Positions 27,024-33,168 of a DNA stretch of 33,168 nt are shown piece by piece; within the stretch, counting starts at the first letter, position 1; each line of letters begins with the position of its first letter. The notes under the pieces were generated by a model that was given only the letters and a program-made list of their open reading frames with translations, was not told the DNA's origin and did not search any database. Origin of the DNA: a bacterium (GTDB lineage Bacteria; UBA9089; CG2-30-40-21; SBAY01); NCBI GenBank assembly GCA_040757115.1, contig JBFLYA010000014.1:1-33168 (forward strand). Reading direction: 5' to 3'. The translations under genes and the position numbers were made by a program.

Positions 27024-27259
27024 GTAACCGTTCAGGTGGTGTAACAAAAGGAGATGTGGAGATTAAGGAGATAGGGAGATATTATAAAAAAATTGAAATT
27101 AATAGAAACTAATAGAAATTTATGGAAATTTGTTGTTTTCCACAATCAATTTCTACCTATTTCTATAAATTTCAATCTATTTCTATTATCTTATCTCCAT
27201 ATCACTCTTATCTCCTTATCCCCTTTCTTACACTTTTGATATATAGCCTGAACGGTTAC
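27024..27259. mobile_element. GTAAC-family MITE-like element, copy 2
   Basis: GTAACCGTTCAGG...CCTGAACGGTTAC, near-identical to 898-1134. Confidence 0.9.
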
Positions 27260-27483
27260 TGTAAAATGAAAATGTATAACTGAAAGGTAATGAGTCTTGC
27301 GAAGGACTAAAATTTCCCATTTTTCATTTCCTATTTTACATTTTACATTTATTTTTCCTTTGCGTCTCTGCGATGAATTAGTCTAATCGCACAGGTTGCA
27401 ATCTTTCATTCTTCTGCAATTTCTGCCCGCTTTAGTCTGATGTCTGAATTACAGTTTCATCAAAATGGAAATGGGAAGAAAGA

Positions 27484-30400
27484 TTATGCTTTTAGAAGAT
27501 TTAGGCACTTCTGATACCAGGGATGCTCTCTGGGAAGGGTCTTCTCAAAGATGCTTAATGCCAGATTAAATAACTTAATCGCCTCCTCCTTCTTCCCTGT
27601 ATCACGATAAGCAATTCCTAAGTTCATCTGGCATAAGGCATAATCTGGATGGTTCTGCATCTGGTTATCTTCATATATCCTTATTGCCTTCTGATATGCC
27701 TCTATTGCCCGCTCATAGTCTAATTTGTTCCGATAAGCCTCCCCTAAGTTCATCTGGCATAAGGCATAGTCAGGATGGTTCTGCATCCTGTTCTGCTCAT
27801 ATATCCTTATTGCCTTCTGATATGCCTCTATTGCCCGCTCATAGTCTAATTTGTTCTGATAAGCCTCCCCTAAGTTCATCTGGCATAAGGCATAGTCTGG
27901 ATGGTTCTGCATCTGGTTATCTTCATATATCCTTATTGCCATCTTAAATGCCTCTATTGCCCGCTCATAGTCTAATTTGGCATCATAAGCAAGTCCTAAG
28001 TTCATCTGGCAGCCGGCATATTCAGGATGGTTCTGCATCTGGTTGGCAGAATAAATCTTAATCGCCTCTTGATATGCCTCAATTGCCCGCTCATAGTCTA
28101 ATTTCTCCCAATAAGCAGTCCCTAAGTTCACCTGGCATTTGGCATAGTCTGGATGGTTCTGCATCTGGTTATCTCCATATATCCTTATTGCCTTCTGATA
28201 CGCCTCTATTGCCCAGTCATAGTTTAATTTGCCAGCATAAGCATTCCCTAAGCTCATCTGGCATAAGGCATAGAATGGATGGTTCTGCATCTGGTTTGCA
28301 GAATAAATCTTAATCGCCTCTTGAAATGCCTCAATTGCCCGGTCATAGTCTAATTTGCCATCATAAGCAATCCCTAAGTTCATCTGGCATAAGGCATAGT
28401 CTGGATGGTTCTGCATCTGGTTATCTTCATATATCCTTATTGCCATCTTAAATGCCTCTATTGCCCGCTCATAGTCTAATTCCTTAGCATAAGCAATCCC
28501 CAGTCTCTGCAGTTCATCAGGAGATATTGGCTCTTGAGGTAATTCTTTCTTTTCTTTTTCTTCCTTAAAAGGCAATATTTGTTTTATAATCTCTGTGATA
28601 ATTTCTCTTACCTCTTTGGTTTGGCGATTGATAATGTCCTCATTGGGTGTTTCTAAATACCCGGCAATTATCCTTAAGGGAAAGAGAAAGGCTACTTTAT
28701 CCTTTATCTCAGATACCTCAAGGGTATCAATGAAATATAGGACACTCTGAGGTCTATTTTCTTTTAAAATCTCAATAAGAAGCTGAACAAGGAGACGCTC
28801 AAAGCCTACCTCCTCTTCCTTGATTTTATTCTTATCCAGGATAATTCTGATTTTAATGAGTTTATTTATATATTCTTTCATCCTTTTAAGATTCTCTTTA
28901 AGGGCTAAATCAAGGGTTGCATCCACATAGAATCTAAGTAATAGTGCCAGGCTTGATTTAATCTCTAATCCCTCTTTTTCTAAAAGTGCCAGGTCAGTAA
29001 TCTTTTCCAGGCAGGTTAGTGTCTCTTCATACCGACCAAGTAAATTCAATACTGACACTTTATTTATCAAGGATTGAATATCTTGCGGGTCTTTCTCTAT
29101 CGCTTTATTAAAGCAATTAAGGGCTTGTGCATAATCACCAAACCTGAGAAATGCCTTTCCCCTACCAGCCCAGAGGGAGGGAATATCTGGATATTGGAAG
29201 ACTGCCTGGTTATAATATTCTAATGCATCTTTGTCCCAGGCTATCTTTAATAGCCTTTCTCCCTTATCTACTATCTCTTTTATCTTCCTCTTTTTTACCT
29301 CTTTGAGATAGCTCAGGTGCACCTCAATCAAGTTTCTCTTTTGAAAAGAATCCACATTTTTACATTCCTCTTCCATATTTTCTATCTCTAAATCAAGTTC
29401 TGGGAGTGAATACCAGAGGCTGATGAACCTTAAAAGCCATTCAAACCTCTTTCTCTGAGTAGTAGATGAGCGCATCTGATACCATATTCTAAATAACTGT
29501 TCTACGACATCATAATAGAATGTGCCTCTTTTTTTCCCTTTTTGCACAGGTTTAAGGTATCCATCATCCACTAATACCTTGATCACAGCGGTTGTCTTAT
29601 TGAGGGGGAACCTCAAGAGTTTTGCAATGTATGAAGGAGAGATACCTTCTTCCATATCAGTAATATCTATCTTAGAAAAGCCTGCCATAATCTGGCGTTT
29701 TTGGGGAGATAATGCCTCCATCTTTGCCTTAAAATATGGGGTCATTTCACTGATAAGTTTATCAAAGGCATCTTCTACCGCGGGGAGTTTACCCGCAGTA
29801 AGTATCTGGAATAGAAAGAGGAGTAAGCGCGGATTCCCACCTGTCAAATGATAGATAGACTTAATCCTCTGTTCATAGGCAGCAAAAGAGGTAAGTATTT
29901 CCTGGTGCTCAATAGCGGTTGCCCAATTTTTAATAAAGATAAGACCTTGCTCAACAGGTAGCTCAACTAAATTTATCCTTTGAAAAAGGTGGTATAAGGG
30001 AGCCTTATAATCGATGACCTCTTTGAATACAGTAGCGGCACTACCAATAAGTAGCAGGATACCTTCATCCATAAGGAATGTCCGTAGCCTCTTTAAGGAT
30101 AAGGAATCCATAAACCCTGAACTAAGGATCTGGTCAATATTATCTACCAAAAGTAGTATCTTCCTTTTATTATTAGTGGTGAACCTTTCAAGAGAGGCGA
30201 TAATCTCATCCACTAACTTGCGGTCATCCTTTTCATCCTTAATTCTTGCTTCAATCCCATTCATCCAATCAGGAAGGCTACCTAACTCATCTCTTATCTC
30301 CTCAACGAGCCGTTCAAAGAAACCCCGTAAATTAACCACAGTATACTCCTCTTCTGCAAATTGGAGAGGGAGCCATTGTTGCGGAGACTCTTCCTTTATC

Positions 30401-30597
30401 CTGAAGTAGAGCATCCTTAAGAGATGTGTTTTCCCAATTCCCCTTGGACCAGTAATAAGATAATGTTGTAGGTTCTTGTAGTCAGATTGGGCTTTGATAT
30501 TAGATACCATCTCTTCAAACAATTCTTCCCTGCCCGTAAATGTGGCTTTGAGCTCATCATATTTATAATTTAGTGGGTCATAAGGGTATATCTTCAT
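27484..30597 (-). CDS. STAND-like P-loop ATPase with probable winged helix and C-terminal TPR repeats
   Basis: FTGRE, Walker A GPRGIGKT, Walker B LLLVDNID, TGGNPR; TPRs near aa 450-540 and 42-aa repeats at the C-terminus; start placed at MKIYPY (ATGA overlap), GTG at 30612 is the alternative. Confidence 0.88.
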   Translation of the reverse strand: MKIYPYDPLNYKYDELKATFTGREELFEEMVSNIKAQSDYKNLQHYLITGPRGIGKTHLLRMLYFRIKEESPQQWLPLQFAEEEYTVVNLRGFFERLVEEIRDELGSLPDWMNGIEARIKDEKDDRKLVDEIIASLERFTTNNKRKILLLVDNIDQILSSGFMDSLSLKRLRTFLMDEGILLLIGSAATVFKEVIDYKAPLYHLFQRINLVELPVEQGLIFIKNWATAIEHQEILTSFAAYEQRIKSIYHLTGGNPRLLLFLFQILTAGKLPAVEDAFDKLISEMTPYFKAKMEALSPQKRQIMAGFSKIDITDMEEGISPSYIAKLLRFPLNKTTAVIKVLVDDGYLKPVQKGKKRGTFYYDVVEQLFRIWYQMRSSTTQRKRFEWLLRFISLWYSLPELDLEIENMEEECKNVDSFQKRNLIEVHLSYLKEVKKRKIKEIVDKGERLLKIAWDKDALEYYNQAVFQYPDIPSLWAGRGKAFLRFGDYAQALNCFNKAIEKDPQDIQSLINKVSVLNLLGRYEETLTCLEKITDLALLEKEGLEIKSSLALLLRFYVDATLDLALKENLKRMKEYINKLIKIRIILDKNKIKEEEVGFERLLVQLLIEILKENRPQSVLYFIDTLEVSEIKDKVAFLFPLRIIAGYLETPNEDIINRQTKEVREIITEIIKQILPFKEEKEKKELPQEPISPDELQRLGIAYAKELDYERAIEAFKMAIRIYEDNQMQNHPDYALCQMNLGIAYDGKLDYDRAIEAFQEAIKIYSANQMQNHPFYALCQMSLGNAYAGKLNYDWAIEAYQKAIRIYGDNQMQNHPDYAKCQVNLGTAYWEKLDYERAIEAYQEAIKIYSANQMQNHPEYAGCQMNLGLAYDAKLDYERAIEAFKMAIRIYEDNQMQNHPDYALCQMNLGEAYQNKLDYERAIEAYQKAIRIYEQNRMQNHPDYALCQMNLGEAYRNKLDYERAIEAYQKAIRIYEDNQMQNHPDYALCQMNLGIAYRDTGKKEEAIKLFNLALSIFEKTLPREHPWYQKCLNLLKA
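27622..28503 (-). repeat. Seven tandem 126-bp intragenic repeats (42-aa TPR units)
   Basis: Consensus LGxAYxxKLDYERAIEAYQKAIRIYEDNQMQNHPDYALCQMN, highly similar at DNA level. Confidence 0.95.
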
Positions 30598-32063
30598 TGC
30601 CTTCTCCACCAATCTTTAAGTATTTTGCAGAAAAAGGAATATTTGCCCTCATTATCCTTTTCAACATAGAACTCATCTGATAGATAGGTAAGTATTTCTC
30701 TGAAATCTTCTTTATCTTCCTTGCCTGAATACTCCTTATACCATTCAAATAATTGGCTTTCAGAGACCTTATCCTCAAGGGAAAGGCGTTTTAAAAGACC
30801 AGCTAAGAAGATATATGGATGAGATTGTAATCTCTGGAAGAAGTAAAAGAAGTATTGTTTGTAGTCTGGACCCAATATCTTCTCCTGATATATCCTTTTA
30901 ATCTCTTCTGGTGTTATCTTTTCTTTGACCTCACAAAGAAGCATCTGGATAAAGTAAGGGACACCTTGTCCAACCAGGTTAAAGACCTCTTCTTTGACCT
31001 CATCTTTAATCCTTATCTTCTTTGAAAGAAGGAGTTCATCAATAAATCTTAATGCCTCATCTTTTGAAAGGGGTGGTATCTTAACCTCTATAAAGTCATT
31101 AAAAAACCTATCAAGTGAGTGAGATTTAAGGTATTGATTAAGGCAGACAGAACTTGCGATAAGGAAACGAAGTTTATTCTTCTTCCTTTGCTCAAAGAAC
31201 CATTCAGCAAAGGAGGAAGCCTCTTCTTTTTTAAAATTCTCCATCATATAGATAAATTCATCGAATAGCAATAGGAAATAACTATGGTTGGGAATCCTTT
31301 CAAGGAGCTTTCCCAGGAAATCTTCACCCATTTTTTGCCAGGTGTTATCCTTTACCATCTCCTCAATCTGCATTTTTAAAGAAAGGTTATCCATGCCACT
31401 GGGATTATACATTTCTATTATCTCCTCAAATCCTCTATTTTTTTCTTGTGTGCAGAAGCGAGCTATCATCTCTGCCACAAATCCTTTTGGGTGGTGGATA
31501 TGTTGTAGTTCTAAATGAAGTGTCTGCCAGGCAGGCTTTGGGTGGTCATAGAGGTAATACATACAAGAGGTTTTGCCAAATCGCCGTGGAGCGCTTAAAA
31601 AGATATTTTCAGTCTTAAGCTTTTCCCATAAACCTTCAATAAATTCTTCGCGATTGTAGAAATTATCCCCTCGCACTACTGCCCCAACAATGTTGTTCGG
31701 ATAGATATACCGCTTACCCTGCTTTAGGCTCAAGAGATGTTTCTTAAACAGGTATTCTTTAATCTTTCCGGAGCTGGCATTGTAAAATTCCTCCTCAAAA
31801 AGGCAATGCACCTCTTCCTTAGTCAACCCATACTCATAAAAAGGGAATTGAAGGAAGCTATAGACAGGAACATTCTCCATTTTCATATCCCCGCCAAATA
31901 CCTCTTTGATGAGTGCATTTACCCCTTTAAAGAGGGCTTCAAATCCAAAAGGGTCTTTTATAGATTCTATACCCAGAAAGAGAGGATAAATCTTTTTTTC
32001 GGTTGGAGATTCAATAAGGACTAAAAACCCACCTTTATCTAAAAAATTATCCATTTTTTTCAT
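30594..32063 (-). CDS. P-loop ATPase (STAND/archaeal-ATPase-like) with unknown ~115-aa N-terminal domain
   Basis: GDNFYNRE, Walker A APRRFGKTS, Walker B LLLFDEF, GVPYFIQ, C-terminal ILKDWWR. Confidence 0.85.
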   Translation of the reverse strand: MKKMDNFLDKGGFLVLIESPTEKKIYPLFLGIESIKDPFGFEALFKGVNALIKEVFGGDMKMENVPVYSFLQFPFYEYGLTKEEVHCLFEEEFYNASSGKIKEYLFKKHLLSLKQGKRYIYPNNIVGAVVRGDNFYNREEFIEGLWEKLKTENIFLSAPRRFGKTSCMYYLYDHPKPAWQTLHLELQHIHHPKGFVAEMIARFCTQEKNRGFEEIIEMYNPSGMDNLSLKMQIEEMVKDNTWQKMGEDFLGKLLERIPNHSYFLLLFDEFIYMMENFKKEEASSFAEWFFEQRKKNKLRFLIASSVCLNQYLKSHSLDRFFNDFIEVKIPPLSKDEALRFIDELLLSKKIRIKDEVKEEVFNLVGQGVPYFIQMLLCEVKEKITPEEIKRIYQEKILGPDYKQYFFYFFQRLQSHPYIFLAGLLKRLSLEDKVSESQLFEWYKEYSGKEDKEDFREILTYLSDEFYVEKDNEGKYSFFCKILKDWWRRQ

Positions 32064-32770
32064 TCCTCCTCGTGTAATATCTTTTTGCGAAGATAATCAA
32101 AGAATTCGTCAGCAATATAAAGCAATTCACTCATTGCACCCATTTTTATCCTATCCTTTTTATCTATCTCTTTTCCAATCCTAATCTTTTCATAGATAAG
32201 ATTATGGTCTTTCTTATCCCATGCCTCCTGAAGCATAGTCATAATCTGTAGTTCTACCTTTCGTTTGGTCTGATTAAGGGTTGACTCCAGGATAAAATGG
32301 TATGCCCGATGGGGTCTATCCCTTTCCATAAAGACATAATCCGTTTCTTCAACAATTCTACAGATTCCTTTTATGACCTCATTATCTCTTATAGAGTTGG
32401 CTATCTCAGATATATCAGAGAGATAATTACAGACTATTCTCATTCTGGCAATATCCTCCATCTCTTCGGCAAAATTATCTTGATTATACTTATTTGGGTG
32501 TTGAATAATCTTTTCTACAATCCGTCTTGGGGATTTTATATCCTCTTTACCTTGAATAACCCGAGCAAATTCCCTGTTTTCTTTTTCGCGGTATTTTTTA
32601 TTCAGCGTATTGATGATATCTTCTATTGCAGGCTTAACAGCCCCCAGGATAGATTTATTGAGTTGTATTTGCTCTTTAATGTCCTCCTCCCACTTTTCTG
32701 ATGAAGGGAAATTTGTGTTTATGAATTCCTGGAAACATTTTTCATCTACAGGTTGCTTGTTGTGTTTCAT
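32060..32770 (-). CDS. RelA/SpoT-type synthetase-domain protein (small alarmone synthetase-like), divergent
   Basis: IKSPRRIVEK, EDIARMRIVC, DYV, HRAYH, VELQIMTMLQEAWDKKDHNLIYE; start placed at MKHNKQ after AAGGA. Confidence 0.82.
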   Translation of the reverse strand: MKHNKQPVDEKCFQEFINTNFPSSEKWEEDIKEQIQLNKSILGAVKPAIEDIINTLNKKYREKENREFARVIQGKEDIKSPRRIVEKIIQHPNKYNQDNFAEEMEDIARMRIVCNYLSDISEIANSIRDNEVIKGICRIVEETDYVFMERDRPHRAYHFILESTLNQTKRKVELQIMTMLQEAWDKKDHNLIYEKIRIGKEIDKKDRIKMGAMSELLYIADEFFDYLRKKILHEEE

Positions 32771-32895
32771 CGTTGCATTCCTTTGGTGTCTATATGTCCT
32801 GCTATCTGGAGGTCTATGTAGTTCAGGCAGATAGACATTCAGGCACCAGGTTACTGAAGAGTTAAAATTGCACAATAATTTTATTGCACAATATA

Positions 32896-32924
32896 TTTAT
32901 AGCATAACATATCTATTTTGTCAA
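32896..32924 (-). promoter_or_regulatory. sigma70 promoter for the SAS-ATPase-ATPase/TPR operon
   Basis: TTGACA-17 bp-TATAAA with extended TG. Confidence 0.7.
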
Positions 32925-32955
32925 GAGGCTGACCGAGAATTTTTTAAAAATATTG

Positions 32956-33028
32956 GTAAGCGTTCAGGTGGTGTAACAAAAGGAGATGTGGAGATTAAGG
33001 AGATAGGGAGATATTATTAAAAAAATTG
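32956..33028. mobile_element. Truncated GTAAG-family element, copy 3
   Basis: Matches the first ~73 bp of the 898 element, then is interrupted by a GTAACTATTCACC end at 33029. Confidence 0.85.
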
Positions 33029-33133
33029 GTAACTATTCACCATTCACCATTCACAATTCACCATTCACAATTTCTTCCCTAAATTTCCTTAATAATGGTG
33101 AATGGTGAATTGTCAATTGTGAATTGTGAATTA
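33029..33133. repeat. GTAAC end followed by inverted (CATTCAC)n/(GTGAATT)n 7-mer hairpin
   Basis: About five units per arm. Confidence 0.8.
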
Positions 33134-33168
33134 TCACTCTTCACGGTGTCAAGCAAACCTGGCCCAAG

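Noticed and set aside
27684-28313. Plus-strand repetitive ORFs
   Set aside because: Antisense shadows of the TPR repeats.
22939-28503. Diversity-generating retroelement (Avd-like remnants plus variable repeats)
   Set aside because: No reverse transcriptase or template repeat in the window, and TPR differences do not look adenine-restricted.
27024-33028. Composite transposon moving the SAS-ATPase operon
   Set aside because: The flanking copies belong to an abundant family, the right copy is truncated, and no shared TSD is visible, so bracketing may be coincidental.

Overview
AT-rich bacterial window with nearly all genes on the minus strand. The housekeeping backbone is tupABC (tungstate ABC transporter), rsmI, a TPR membrane protein, mreB-mreC-mreD-mrdA-rodA, ispE, spoVG, tRNA-Gln, an N-terminal-only glmU, prs, rplY, a divergent polysaccharide deacetylase, and a ferredoxin plus vorB-type oxidoreductase subunit. 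Accessory parts are: (i) a translationally coupled three-gene operon of a divergent RelA/SpoT-type small synthetase, a P-loop ATPase and a second ATPase with near-identical 42-aa TPR repeats, which is a candidate undescribed defence/conflict system; (ii) a membrane-anchored CobN-like chelatase followed by cobF and cbiE; (iii) a decayed integron-like region at the left edge. Many intergenic gaps hold small non-autonomous elements: at least four TIR families (some with 8-9 bp target duplications), nested inside each other and carrying remnants of four-helix-bundle and GxxExxY genes flanked by inverted 7-mer/9-mer arrays. A structured repeat-spacer array sits at the rodA ribosome-binding site. 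All calls are from manual reading; no database search was run.
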